64,000 nucleotides of DNA from a bacterium (GCA_034439755.1 JAWXAZ010000008.1:44797-108796); one strand, 5' to 3'. Positions 48,373 to 57,622 are shown, numbered from the stretch's first letter. The notes: a model not told the origin generated them from the sequence alone. A program made the numbers and translations.

Positions 48373-48373
48373 C

Positions 48374-48463
48374 ATGCCAAGCGGTAAAAAAAGAAAGCGT
48401 CATAAAATCGCAACCCACAAACGCAAAAAACGTCTACGTAAAAACAGACATAAGAAGAAATAG
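48374..48463 (+). CDS. 29-aa highly basic peptide, candidate small ribosome-associated protein (bS22/AURKAIP1-like)
   Basis: Not in the ORF track. ATG 48374 to TAG 48461-48463 encodes MPSGKKRKRHKIATHKRKKRLRKNRHKKK. Starts 1 nt after the TPR gene stop and is followed 6 nt later by a 16-bp-stem terminator. Confidence 0.55.
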   Translation: MPSGKKRKRHKIATHKRKKRLRKNRHKKK

Positions 48464-48469
48464 TCTTTC

Positions 48470-48516
48470 CAGAAAAAGAAGTAAGCTTAAGTTACTTACT
48501 TCTTTTTCTGTTTGCG
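48470..48516 (+). terminator. rho-independent terminator
   Basis: 16-bp perfect stem CAGAAAAAGAAGTAAG-cttaagtta-CTTACTTCTTTTTCTG followed by TTTGCG. Confidence 0.8.
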
Positions 48517-48595
48517 CATTCCTTAAGTTATTCATCCTTACCCTCCCACATATTTGCAACAGCTCCAAAGCTGATTGCCTAACATATTATTGCCA

Positions 48596-50152
48596 GTGAA
48601 TTACGAATTAATAATCAATTCAAACCCTTCGGGAGGGGTAGACATAGCCATACTCAAGGACAAGAAGCTAATTGAGCTTCACCATGAGAAGGTAGACAAC
48701 AATTATCAAGTTGGAGATGTTTACCTTGGTACGGTAGGGAAAATTATGCCCGGATTAAACGCGGCATTTATAGATGTTGGCCACGAGAAGGATGCATTTT
48801 TGCATTACCTCGATTTAGGTCCACAATTTCAATCTACGCAAAAATTCAGTAGGATGCTTAGGGCCAGCAGGCCTAAAGAATCGAGCATTCAAGCACAACA
48901 CTTAGAATCGGACATTAGTAAAGGTGGAAAAATTGTTGAATTGCTTAAGCGCAACCAGCAAGTTTTGGTTCAGGTTAGTAAAGAACCCATTTCCAATAAA
49001 GGTCCGCGTTTAACTGCTGAGCTTTCATTAGCCGGTAGGTTTTTGGTGATGATGCCGTTTGATAACAGCGTTTCCATTTCTAAAAAAATTGTAAAACAAG
49101 ACGAGCGTAGAAGGTTAAAAGAGGCTGTTAATGTTATTCGTCCAGAAAACTTTGGGGTGATTATTCGCACCAATGCCGAAGGTGAGCCAATTGAAGATTT
49201 ACAACGCGACTTAAAAGACTTAATGGAGAAATGGGAAGATTTGTGCACGCAATTGCGCGATGCCACCCCACCTCAAAAAGTTTTAGGCGAAAACGACAGA
49301 ACCCTTACCATGGTTAGGGATTTGGTGAATGAGACATATACTAATATTCAGATAAACGACAACTTTTTATACAACAAAATAAAGTCGTACCTTCAAGTTA
49401 AGTCGCCCGATTTAGAGAACATCGTTAAACTTTACACGGGTAAGCTTCCTATTTTTGAGCAATTTGGTGTAGAAAAGCAAATCAAAACGGCATTTGGCAA
49501 AGAAGTAAATTTCATGGGTGGCTCTTACCTTATTATTGAGCATACAGAAGCCCTACATGTAATTGATGTAAATAGCGGAAACACTTCCAATAAAGGCGTA
49601 AATCAGGAAGAAAATGCCCTTAAAGTGAACATGGAGGCCGTTGAAGAAATTGCCCGTCAGTTAAGGTTAAGGGATTTAGGCGGAATTATTGTGATTGACC
49701 TTATTGATTTAAAGACGGCAGGTAACCGCAAATTGGTTTATGAGAAGTTGAAGGAAGTGATGAAAACCGACAGGGCTAAGCACAAGATACTTCCAATGAG
49801 TCCTTTTGGTCTGATCCAAATTACCAGGCAGCGTGTGAGGCCAGAAATGGCCGTTGTAACCAATGAAAAATGTCCAACTTGCATGGGAAGTGGAGAAATT
49901 CAATCGAGTGTGAGCATTGTAGATGATATTGACAGTCACGTAAAATACCTTATTGAGAATTTAAACTTAAAAGGATTTAGCATTGAGGTTCATCCATTTC
50001 TTGCGGCCTTTTTGAAAGACGGTTGGTTAAAATCGCCTCGATTTAAATGGTGGAGAGCTTATAGGCAATGGATAAATGTAGTGCCTAACCAAAGCATGCA
50101 TTTGATTAATTACAAATTCATGAATGCCAAGGGCGAAGAAGTAGTTTTATAA
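48596..50152 (+). CDS. rng: ribonuclease E/G family protein (RNase G)
   Basis: GTG 48596 gives (M)[13 protein letters not shown]..., matching typical RNase G N-termini; the track uses TTG 48575. S1 domain ([23 protein letters not shown]), catalytic core (HVIDVNSG) and Zn-link CPTCMGSG. Confidence 0.88.
   Translation: MNYELIINSNPSGGVDIAILKDKKLIELHHEKVDNNYQVGDVYLGTVGKIMPGLNAAFIDVGHEKDAFLHYLDLGPQFQSTQKFSRMLRASRPKESSIQAQHLESDISKGGKIVELLKRNQQVLVQVSKEPISNKGPRLTAELSLAGRFLVMMPFDNSVSISKKIVKQDERRRLKEAVNVIRPENFGVIIRTNAEGEPIEDLQRDLKDLMEKWEDLCTQLRDATPPQKVLGENDRTLTMVRDLVNETYTNIQINDNFLYNKIKSYLQVKSPDLENIVKLYTGKLPIFEQFGVEKQIKTAFGKEVNFMGGSYLIIEHTEALHVIDVNSGNTSNKGVNQEENALKVNMEAVEEIARQLRLRDLGGIIVIDLIDLKTAGNRKLVYEKLKEVMKTDRAKHKILPMSPFGLIQITRQRVRPEMAVVTNEKCPTCMGSGEIQSSVSIVDDIDSHVKYLIENLNLKGFSIEVHPFLAAFLKDGWLKSPRFKWWRAYRQWINVVPNQSMHLINYKFMNAKGEEVVL
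49808..49817 (+). repeat. over-represented motif copy (GGTCTGATCC)
   Basis: Exact copy; context CTTTTGGTCTGATCCAAATT. Inside rng, read as PFGLIQ. Confidence 0.9.
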
Positions 50153-50154
50153 AA

Positions 50155-51081
50155 TTGCTCCCTAAGGCTACATATACTCAAAAGATTAAAGCTGAGGCAG
50201 CTCGCCTTGGCTTTTCTTTTTGTGGTGTTTCAAAAGCTGAATTTTTAGAAGCAGAGGCACCACGTTTGGAGCAGTGGCTAAGAGAAGCCCGCAATGGCAA
50301 AATGGCCTATATGGAAAATCATTTCGATAAACGCCTAGATCCAACACTGTTGGTAGAAGGTTCAAAATCTGTTATTAGTTTATTATACAATTACCACAAC
50401 CCCGAATCGCCGTTTGGTTCAGACCAGCTAAAAATTTCTCAATATGCTTACGGGCACGATTACCACGAGGTGGTTAAGGATAAGCTTTTTGCCTTACTGG
50501 TGTTTATTAGGGAGGAGATTGGCGAGGTAGACGGCAGGGCTTTTGTGGATTCTGCGCCAGTTTTAGAGAAGGCTTGGGCGCTTAAAAGTGGCTTAGGTTG
50601 GCTTGGCAAAAATGGCAATATTATTCACCAAAAAGCGGGAAGTTTTTTCTTTTTAAGTGAGCTTATTCTCGACTTGGAACTAGAATATGATTCGCCCGCT
50701 ACCGACCATTGTGGCACTTGTACGGCCTGCATTGATGCTTGTCCTACCGAGGCAATTTACGAGCCCCACAAGGTAGATGGGAGCAAGTGTATAAGCTATT
50801 TCACCATTGAGTTAAAAGATGCCATTCCCGATGAAATGAAGGGGAAATTGGATGATTGGATTTTTGGCTGTGATGTTTGTATGAATGTTTGTCCGTGGAA
50901 TCGATTTGCTAAAAAAAATAAAGAGGCTCGGTTCGAACCAAACCCTTTGCTGAAAGAGATGGACAGAGAAACTTGGCGCGATATAAGCAAGGAGCTTTTT
51001 GATAAATTGTTTAAAAATTCGCCTGTGAAGCGCACAAAATACAACGGATTGAAAAGAAACATTGACTTTATTATAAATTAG
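50155..51081 (+). CDS. queG: tRNA epoxyqueuosine(34) reductase QueG
   Basis: Two 4Fe-4S motifs, [12 protein letters not shown] and [10 protein letters not shown]. 308 aa. The start is an inferred TTG, 2 nt after the rng stop. Confidence 0.85.
   Translation: MLPKATYTQKIKAEAARLGFSFCGVSKAEFLEAEAPRLEQWLREARNGKMAYMENHFDKRLDPTLLVEGSKSVISLLYNYHNPESPFGSDQLKISQYAYGHDYHEVVKDKLFALLVFIREEIGEVDGRAFVDSAPVLEKAWALKSGLGWLGKNGNIIHQKAGSFFFLSELILDLELEYDSPATDHCGTCTACIDACPTEAIYEPHKVDGSKCISYFTIELKDAIPDEMKGKLDDWIFGCDVCMNVCPWNRFAKKNKEARFEPNPLLKEMDRETWRDISKELFDKLFKNSPVKRTKYNGLKRNIDFIIN
50416..50425 (-). repeat. over-represented motif copy (GGTCTGAACC)
   Basis: Exact copy; the plus strand reads GTTTGGTTCAGACCAGCTAA. 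Inside queG, read as PFGSDQ. Confidence 0.9.
50930..50939 (+). repeat. over-represented motif copy (GGTTCGAACC)
   Basis: Exact copy; context GGCTCGGTTCGAACCAAACC. Inside queG in another frame (ARFEPN). Confidence 0.9.
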
Positions 51082-51085
51082 CAAA

Positions 51086-52309
51086 ATGAAAATTCGTTTT
51101 ATCTTAATTATGTTGGTGGTGCCGGTGCTTCTAAAGGCTCAAAAACTTTTAGAACCAAATTTTGGGATGATATTGAATGCGAATTTTTCTACGATTCATA
51201 TTCCCAATGAAAATTATGTGGGCAGAGGCATGGGCAGTTTGGGAGCTTATTTTCAAAGTCCGATTACGCCCTACCACACAAATAGGTATTTAAATAGGCT
51301 AGATTATATTGCCGAGCTGGGATTAAGTTGGATGGGATTTCGCGATTTTGCCACAGACAAGAGGTTTCAAAGCAATTTTGTAGATTTGAGTTTATACCTT
51401 AATTACGTACCAGATAAAATGTCGGACGACCTTCGATTATTTGTTGGAGTGCGGCCCTCCTACCTTACTTTTACACAAACCAGTGTAATCGATTTTGGGG
51501 TGTATAAAGATGTGAGTCAGGATACTCAAAATTTGAATGTGCTTGGCGATATTGACTATAGCGGCATCATTGGTGTTTCTGTAAACATGGGCAGTGTGGC
51601 GAGTTTGGAGTTAAAATATGTACATAGTTTTACCAATCAATCTACGCCGAGCACTTTTAAAGGCAGGCCCAGTGCTGTTGAAATTGGCATTCGTTTAAGT
51701 GCCATCAGATTGAGAGATAAATTGGTGGTTGACGAAACCAACATGGTGAACGATTTAAATAAACGAGCCCAAGGCACTATGTTGTTTATGTTGGAGGAGG
51801 CAGACGAGAAATTAATCAACACCTTGGTTCAGGAAAAACGAGTGAGTGATGCCAATTTTGTAAGGAATTTACAAACTCAAACCAATTTAAATATCATGAG
51901 AGAATTGAGGGCAAACTTTGATTTTTGCAAGGTTGAATTTTTCATGAACAGCAAGGCCCATCAAGTAAATAAAGGCGATTTTAATGGGGTGTTTGTAGAT
52001 GACCAATTACAACCAAAAGAGCTAGTAAGTTTTGATAGTACCAACTATTTTATTGGTTCATTTGTGGAAGATGTTTCTGAGTATACAAGGAAGCCCGATT
52101 ATGGTTTATATTTATACGATAAGAACTTTGTGCAATTGCCAAAACCGTATAATACACAAGTAAACAATTTAGGAATATATGTTGGGGGCGACCCAATGAA
52201 TTACTTCCGTAGGGTTAAAACCTCTGGGTATTTTCCAGAAGATTTCAGGAAAGTAATTAGGAAAGTAAATGGCAAATTACAATTGGGCAGAATACCCGTT
52301 GTAAGATAA
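51086..52309 (+). CDS. hypothetical secreted/outer-membrane protein
   Basis: 407 aa with signal peptide MLVVPVLLKAQ. The N-terminal half has beta-strand-like alternating aromatic residues (possible small barrel). The C-terminal half is unrecognised. Confidence 0.65.
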   Translation: MKIRFILIMLVVPVLLKAQKLLEPNFGMILNANFSTIHIPNENYVGRGMGSLGAYFQSPITPYHTNRYLNRLDYIAELGLSWMGFRDFATDKRFQSNFVDLSLYLNYVPDKMSDDLRLFVGVRPSYLTFTQTSVIDFGVYKDVSQDTQNLNVLGDIDYSGIIGVSVNMGSVASLELKYVHSFTNQSTPSTFKGRPSAVEIGIRLSAIRLRDKLVVDETNMVNDLNKRAQGTMLFMLEEADEKLINTLVQEKRVSDANFVRNLQTQTNLNIMRELRANFDFCKVEFFMNSKAHQVNKGDFNGVFVDDQLQPKELVSFDSTNYFIGSFVEDVSEYTRKPDYGLYLYDKNFVQLPKPYNTQVNNLGIYVGGDPMNYFRRVKTSGYFPEDFRKVIRKVNGKLQLGRIPVVR

Positions 52310-52313
52310 AAAA

Positions 52314-52350
52314 AGGCCGCTCACATTGCTGTAGGCGGCCTTGTTATTTT
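52314..52350. terminator. bidirectional rho-independent terminator
   Basis: Stem AAGGCCGC-14 nt-GCGGCCTT flanked by AAAAA upstream and GTTATTTTA downstream. Lies between the convergent 51086 gene and dnaN. Confidence 0.75.
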
Positions 52351-52361
52351 ATGGTTATGTA

Positions 52362-53483
52362 TTAATAGTTGTTCAACATCATTGGCATCATTAACATCAA
52401 AATGTCTTCGTCGGTATCTGGGTTTGCAGGTACAATTACCCCTGCCCTATTAGGCTGCGACAATTCTAACACAATTTGCGGTGCATCCATGATACTTAGC
52501 ATTTCCAAAAAGTATTTCGAATTAAAGCCAATTTCCATGTCCTCGCCATCGTAGGAGCAAGCCATTTTTTCTTGAGATTCATTTTCAAAATCAATGTCCT
52601 CTGCGCTTATAGTTAATTCGCTGCCAGTCATTTTTAAGCGAATTTGATGCGTAGTTTTATTTGAGGTAATTGATACACGCTTAACCGCCATTAAAAACTC
52701 GGCTCTATCGATGGTAAGTTTATTGGGATTTTCGGTTGGAATAACGGCACGGTAATCTGGATATTTTTCGTCTATTAACCTACAAATTAGGTTCACATCC
52801 CCCATTTGAAAATAGGCATTTTGCCTGTTAAAGTTAACCTTCACTTGGGTATCGTCGTTAGGCAAACACGACTTCAATAAATTAAGTGCTTTTTTAGGTA
52901 AAATTAAAGACTCTTCGGTACCTGGTTTTACGTCGTTGCGGGTAAAACGAACCAATCTGTTGGCATCGGTGGCAACAAAGGTGATGTTATTTTTAAACAA
53001 TTGAAGATAAACTCCGGTAAGGTTTAAACGTAACTCATCGCTACTGGTAGCAAAAACGGTTTTATTAATGGCCTTTTGAAGAATTTTGGCACCAATTTCG
53101 AAAGTATTTACACTTTCCACTTCAGGTGTTTTAGGAAACTCATCCCCCTTTTGCGCAGTTAATTTAAACCTACCACTTTCGTATTTAATTTCTACCGAAC
53201 CTTTTTCCTCGTTTATAGAGAAAGCCAATGGCTGATCCGATAAAGTTTTTAACAACTCTAAGGTGGTTTTGGATGGAATTGCAATGGAGACATCCTCTTT
53301 GGCATCAACCTTAATGCTGGTGTTCATGGTTGTTTCCAAATCGGTAGAATGAATGGTTAAAACACCATCCTTAATATCAAAAAGGAAATTATTTAAAATT
53401 GGAATAATGGGTTTAGAAACCACAACCCCATCAATATATGATAGGTGGCGCAACAACACACTGCTATTTACAATGAACTTCAT
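52362..53483 (-). CDS. dnaN: DNA polymerase III subunit beta (sliding clamp)
   Basis: 373 aa. MKFIVNSSVLLRHLSYIDGVV...PILNNFLF, with three-domain clamp length and C-terminus ...MLMMPMMLNNY. Confidence 0.9.
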   Translation of the reverse strand: MKFIVNSSVLLRHLSYIDGVVVSKPIIPILNNFLFDIKDGVLTIHSTDLETTMNTSIKVDAKEDVSIAIPSKTTLELLKTLSDQPLAFSINEEKGSVEIKYESGRFKLTAQKGDEFPKTPEVESVNTFEIGAKILQKAINKTVFATSSDELRLNLTGVYLQLFKNNITFVATDANRLVRFTRNDVKPGTEESLILPKKALNLLKSCLPNDDTQVKVNFNRQNAYFQMGDVNLICRLIDEKYPDYRAVIPTENPNKLTIDRAEFLMAVKRVSITSNKTTHQIRLKMTGSELTISAEDIDFENESQEKMACSYDGEDMEIGFNSKYFLEMLSIMDAPQIVLELSQPNRAGVIVPANPDTDEDILMLMMPMMLNNY

Positions 53484-53509
53484 CGTTATTATTTTATTTA
53501 TTTAATTTC

Positions 53510-53519
53510 GGTTCGAACC
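53510..53519 (+). repeat. over-represented motif copy (GGTTCGAACC)
   Basis: Exact copy; context ATTTCGGTTCGAACCAAAAG. Intergenic, 27 nt upstream of the dnaN start codon. Confidence 0.9.
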
Positions 53520-53631
53520 AAAAGGAACTGCGAATAAAGCCTCTTCCTCTTGCAAACAAAAATAAAGGGCAAGTATGGAGTAGCAAAAACAAGTTATGCA
53601 CAAATTTACCCTAAATTACAGAAAAAGTGCA

Positions 53632-54621
53632 TTAGTTTTCTTGCCGACCAATCATCTTCTCGGGTAAATAAGCCGGAAAATTGTTGATTTCTGTGGTATC
53701 GGGCTTGTTAATTGGCTTTATTTCGAAGTTAGGCTGCCCAGCATTTACCCAGGCAGTGTACCAAAAAGAAGCCACGCAAAGGATTGCTGCTCGCATGCGC
53801 CTTTCAACCATGCCATCTAATTGCTTGTGGTAAGCCTGCGATAAAAGCGGACTATAAACCTTTTGCAATTGAGTGCCTTTTGCCTCAAAAGAATATTTCT
53901 GCGATTCTTTAAAATTTTGTTGCAAGATTTTCTCGAATAGAAAAACAGAATCTAAGGCCGCATAACTTCCTTCTACGGCAATCCATGCGGCATCAATTGG
54001 CTGATTAATGTAGGTGGCGCTGCCCACAAAAAAATCATACTCACCAGCAAATAATTCGGGCAAGCGCGATTCAAAAAAGCCATGTATGCCATGTTGGTTG
54101 GTTTGCTGTCCATTATAATTGGAAGTAGTATGCAAAGGCACGTGGGCATCGCCAATATAGTGACCAATTTCGGCGGCATATTTTAATATTTTTGGCGTGT
54201 TATTCTCTTCAAAAGCTTGCGTTAAACTGCGCAACATCCATTGAATATTCCAAGGTGCAATTCCGTAGGTATGAAGGGTATCCTTGCTGTATTTTTCCAT
54301 GGCCTTTTGATAAGAACGAGGCAGGGTATCGAAAGGCAAAACACGCTCATAATAATCCATATCAATATAGTGTTTTACGCCTTCGCCCTCTACTAAATAC
54401 CGCCTTTTATCTGGGTCAACGGCATGTTCGCTGATAAAATCAATATGCAATTTAAAAAAACCAAACATCTCTGGAGGAAGGCAAAAAACTGCCAGTCTGT
54501 TTATTTTTTGATGTGCGTAAAATCCCCAAGAATGGACTGTATTTAATTGCGAAAACAAGAGTACTATACCCAATATATAGCCCTTATAATTTAAAAGTTT
54601 AAAGCGATTGTGGTGTTTCAT
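53632..54621 (-). CDS. zinc-dependent phospholipase C / S1-P1 nuclease-like family protein
   Basis: After the signal peptide, WGFYAHQKINRLAV and several His/Asp metal-ligand contexts (HYIDMD, GDAHVPLHTT) resemble the family as I remember it. Confidence 0.6.
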   Translation of the reverse strand: MKHHNRFKLLNYKGYILGIVLLFSQLNTVHSWGFYAHQKINRLAVFCLPPEMFGFFKLHIDFISEHAVDPDKRRYLVEGEGVKHYIDMDYYERVLPFDTLPRSYQKAMEKYSKDTLHTYGIAPWNIQWMLRSLTQAFEENNTPKILKYAAEIGHYIGDAHVPLHTTSNYNGQQTNQHGIHGFFESRLPELFAGEYDFFVGSATYINQPIDAAWIAVEGSYAALDSVFLFEKILQQNFKESQKYSFEAKGTQLQKVYSPLLSQAYHKQLDGMVERRMRAAILCVASFWYTAWVNAGQPNFEIKPINKPDTTEINNFPAYLPEKMIGRQEN

Positions 54622-54704
54622 GGCACCTCAAATCTCTTAATAATTTAATGAAATTCCATGATTTGCTACCAAGTAAAATCGGGTAATTAGGATTTATTTT
54701 TTTC

Positions 54705-54714
54705 GGTCTGAACC
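54705..54714 (+). repeat. over-represented motif copy (GGTCTGAACC), left arm of an inverted pair
   Basis: Exact copy; context TTTTCGGTCTGAACCAAAAC. It pairs with TTTGGATCAG at 54723-54732, which overlaps the helicase stop codon. Confidence 0.9.
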
Positions 54715-54728
54715 AAAACGCGTTTGGA

Positions 54729-56045
54729 TCAGCTCGCCTCTTCCATCCTAATTTTGCGGCCTTTGAGTTTCTCTTCCTTAATAAGAATGAGTGTTTGTTT
54801 GAGCTTGGCTGCATTCACGGCAACATAGGCAGAATGGTCTAACACCTCAATTTTCCCTAGATCGTCTTTGATAAGTTTGCCTTTTTGCAGGAGCATGCCC
54901 ACAATGTCCATTTTATTTATTTTATCCTTCTTACCAGCTTTGATAAAAAGCGTTTTCCATTTGGGCGCTGGAGGCAATTTAAAATCATTAGGGAGGGTGA
55001 TTTCTTTTGGTTTTTCTTCTAAATATTCTGGCAAATAATCGGAGGCATCTAGTAAGAAATAAACCTCGCCATTGGCGTTCATTCTAGCGGTTCTGCCATT
55101 TCTGTGAATCATGGCATCTTCCTTTAAAGGCAATTGATAATGCACTACTACATCTATTTCGGGGATATCTAATCCGCGAGAGGCAAGGTCTGTAGTAATA
55201 ATTAATCGCGTGGTGCCATTGCGCATTTTTATCAAGGTTTTTTCACGGTCTATTTGTTCTAATCCGCCATGATAAAAGCCATGAATAATTTTATGCTTAT
55301 GAAGTTGGTCGCTAATTCGGTTAACGGCATCGCGGTGGTTACAAAAAACGATGGCCGATTTCTCTTGCAATTGGCCAATCAATAGCATCAAAGCTTCCAA
55401 TTTATCATCGCCCGGCACACGCACAAAGAACTGCTCTAAGCCAACTAAAGGCTGTTGAACACCCTGCGTAAAATCGAGCATAATGGGATCTTTTAGTCCT
55501 ACAAATTTGGGTATTTCTTTGATGGCGGTTGCCGAGGTAAGGATTCTACTTTTTACCTTTTTCATTTGCTGAATGATAAAGGCCATTTCCTCTTGAAAAC
55601 CTGCTTCTAATGACTTGTCAAACTCATCTAAAATGAGGTATTGCGCTTTACTTAAATTGATGTTATTTTCTCTAACGTGGTAGGCAATTCGGCCTGGTGT
55701 TCCTACCAGCACAGCAGGGGTTTGGGATAAGTTGTTTTTTTCTATTCTTACCGAATGTCCGCCATAGCAACAGTTAATTTTATGCGGGGTGCCCATTTGT
55801 TTAAAGACCTGTTCAATTTGCAGTGCAAGCTCGCGTGTAGGAACAATAATTAAGGCCAATATATCGCCCTTGGTAGCAGCCTCAATTTTGGCCACCAATG
55901 GCAAAAAGAAAGCTAGGGTTTTTCCTGAGCCAGTTGGCGAAATGAGGGTAATATCTGATTGCTGATTAAAAGCATCTATCATGGATAGCTGCATTTCGTT
56001 CAACTGAGTAATATTGAATTTAGGTAATATTGATTGGTAAGACAT
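54729..56045 (-). CDS. DEAD-box ATP-dependent RNA helicase with DbpA-type C-terminal RNA-binding domain
   Basis: Motif I PTGSGKT, motif II as DEFD, motif III SAT, motif VI HRNGRTAR. The C-terminal IKAGKKDKINKMDIVGML...IEVLDHSAYVAV is DbpA-like. Confidence 0.88.
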   Translation of the reverse strand: MSYQSILPKFNITQLNEMQLSMIDAFNQQSDITLISPTGSGKTLAFFLPLVAKIEAATKGDILALIIVPTRELALQIEQVFKQMGTPHKINCCYGGHSVRIEKNNLSQTPAVLVGTPGRIAYHVRENNINLSKAQYLILDEFDKSLEAGFQEEMAFIIQQMKKVKSRILTSATAIKEIPKFVGLKDPIMLDFTQGVQQPLVGLEQFFVRVPGDDKLEALMLLIGQLQEKSAIVFCNHRDAVNRISDQLHKHKIIHGFYHGGLEQIDREKTLIKMRNGTTRLIITTDLASRGLDIPEIDVVVHYQLPLKEDAMIHRNGRTARMNANGEVYFLLDASDYLPEYLEEKPKEITLPNDFKLPPAPKWKTLFIKAGKKDKINKMDIVGMLLQKGKLIKDDLGKIEVLDHSAYVAVNAAKLKQTLILIKEEKLKGRKIRMEEAS

Positions 56046-56099
56046 GTATTTATTTGGGTCAAATTTTATTGCAAGGTAGGCCTATTACACCTTGGAATT

Positions 56100-56300
56100 A
56101 TTATTTAGACCAAAATAATCTTTAATAAGAGCTAGGCAAAAACGCTTGAGGCTGGTGTTATAGTGCTATTTCAGACAAGTTTGCAGTATTATATAGAGAT
56201 GTAATAGTTCAAAAATATTTGGACTAAACATCTTGCCTTTCTGCCTTTACTATACTAAAATAAAACTGCCCTATGAACTAATTAAATTTAAGCAAAAGAA
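56100..56300 (+). pseudogene. second, more decayed relic of the same IS4-family transposase N-terminal region
   Basis: 56211-56237 is the reverse complement of 10088-10114 with 26/27 identity. About 90 nt further on (to ~56300) aligns with the reverse complement of 10021-10113 at roughly 80% by eye. No open frame remains and the boundaries are approximate. Confidence 0.45.
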
Positions 56301-56374
56301 TAACGTATGTAAAATAATAAATCAGTGGAACCTAAAATAGTATATTTGTTGGTAATCTTTTACCAAATTTCCAA

Positions 56375-56869
56375 ATGAAGAAATTCCCTTTTCTTATCCT
56401 ATTTATTGTACTAGCAAATTTTTGTTTTGGACAAGATGCACCTGCCACCTTATATCATCCCAATGCCGATGCAAAGAAAGAAATAAAAGAGGCTTTGGTT
56501 CAGTCCAAAAAAGGCGGAAAGCATGTGATCTTGCAAATTGGCGGGAATTGGTGCAAATGGTGTTTAGAATTTAACCGTTTTTTACATGCAGATTCGCAAT
56601 TGGATTCTATGGTTTCGACCAATTTTGTATATTATCATTTAAACTATAGCAAAGAAAATAAAAACGAGGATTTGCTGGCAAAATATGGCTTTCCGCAAAG
56701 ATTTGGTTTTCCTGTTTTTGTGGTTTTGGATGCCGATGGAAATTATTTGCATACCGAAAGCTCGGTTTATTTAGAAGAAGGAAAAAGTTATAGTAAAGAA
56801 AAAATCTTTGCATTTTTAAAACTTTGGAATCCTGCTGCTTTATCACCAGAAACTTATAAAAAGAAATAA
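56375..56869 (+). CDS. thioredoxin-fold protein (secreted)
   Basis: Signal peptide. GGNWCKWC is a CxxC redox motif in a thioredoxin-like context. 164 aa. Confidence 0.7.
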   Translation: MKKFPFLILFIVLANFCFGQDAPATLYHPNADAKKEIKEALVQSKKGGKHVILQIGGNWCKWCLEFNRFLHADSQLDSMVSTNFVYYHLNYSKENKNEDLLAKYGFPQRFGFPVFVVLDADGNYLHTESSVYLEEGKSYSKEKIFAFLKLWNPAALSPETYKKK

Positions 56870-56872
56870 TTT

Positions 56873-57418
56873 ATGCGTTTATATATATTGGCCATTTTGA
56901 TGTTTATTTTTTGCGTTAGTAAGGCCCAAACGTTTGTGGTTGCTACTTTAGAGGGTATAAAATTAAAGGATGTCGTTATCTATTTAGACTCTAATCGCTT
57001 TCTTTACAGCAAGGAAACTAATGATAAAACAAAGGATGTTTTGATAAGGGGACTTTTATCTCAAAAATATTCGAAAGACAGCGCGCATATTACCAATGAG
57101 ATTTTGATGTTAAAGTTTAACAAAGACCAAGTTTGCTATGTTTCAAAGAATATTTTTGAAACGAATCCCAACCAGTCGTATCATAAAGTGAGTAAGCAAT
57201 TTAAAATATCTAATTTACTTGTTTCTGCGGGCAATGGCGGTATGGCGGCTAATTTAACTACCTTATTTGGGGCAGGCATTTTATTTGGCGGCTTAGGTAG
57301 CAATAACCCCGAATTAATATTAGCAGGCAGTTTAGTTTCGTTTACTGGAATTCTTATGAATGTTTATGCATGGCATAAGGTAAAAAAAGCTGGAGAGCTC
57401 ATGCGAGGTATGAAATAA
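56873..57418 (+). CDS. hypothetical protein with C-terminal membrane helices
   Basis: 181 aa with a signal peptide and a Gly-rich hydrophobic C-terminal region. Starts 3 nt after the previous stop. Confidence 0.6.
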   Translation: MRLYILAILMFIFCVSKAQTFVVATLEGIKLKDVVIYLDSNRFLYSKETNDKTKDVLIRGLLSQKYSKDSAHITNEILMLKFNKDQVCYVSKNIFETNPNQSYHKVSKQFKISNLLVSAGNGGMAANLTTLFGAGILFGGLGSNNPELILAGSLVSFTGILMNVYAWHKVKKAGELMRGMK

Positions 57419-57457
57419 TTTTTTGCCACAAAATTTTCATTTTATTTGGGATAAAAA

Positions 57458-57490
57458 AATAACCGACACACATGAAGTGTATCGGTTATT
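57458..57490 (-). terminator. hairpin terminator downstream of tRNA-Asp (possibly bidirectional)
   Basis: Stem AATAACCGA(C)ACAC-atgaa-GTGT(A)TCGGTTATT. On the minus strand it is followed by a T-run. Lies between the 56873 gene (+) and the tRNA (-). Confidence 0.65.
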
Positions 57491-57529
57491 TATAGTGACC
57501 ACATTTGCAAAAGCTTATGTGTTTTTTTG

Positions 57530-57603
57530 CGGTGCGGACGGGACTCGAACCCGCGACCCCGTGCGTGACAGGCACGTATTCTAACCAGCTGAACTACCAC
57601 ACC
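57530..57603 (-). tRNA. tRNA-Asp (anticodon GUC)
   Basis: Minus strand: GGTGTGG TA GTTC AGCTGGTTA GAAT A CGTGC CTGTCAC GCACG GGGTC GCGGG TTCGAGT CCCGT CCGCACC G. This is a complete 74-nt cloverleaf with anticodon GTC, near-identical in its arms to E. coli tRNA-Asp. CCA is not encoded. Confidence 0.93.
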
Positions 57604-57622
57604 GTTTTCCTTTTGGGGAGTG

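Noticed and set aside
52362-53631. Possibility that the dnaN upstream spacer is the replication origin.
   Set aside because: There is only one TTATNCACA-type box, no cluster of DnaA boxes, no obvious AT-rich 13-mer unwinding element and no adjacent dnaA. The other perfect boxes are isolated and kilobases apart.
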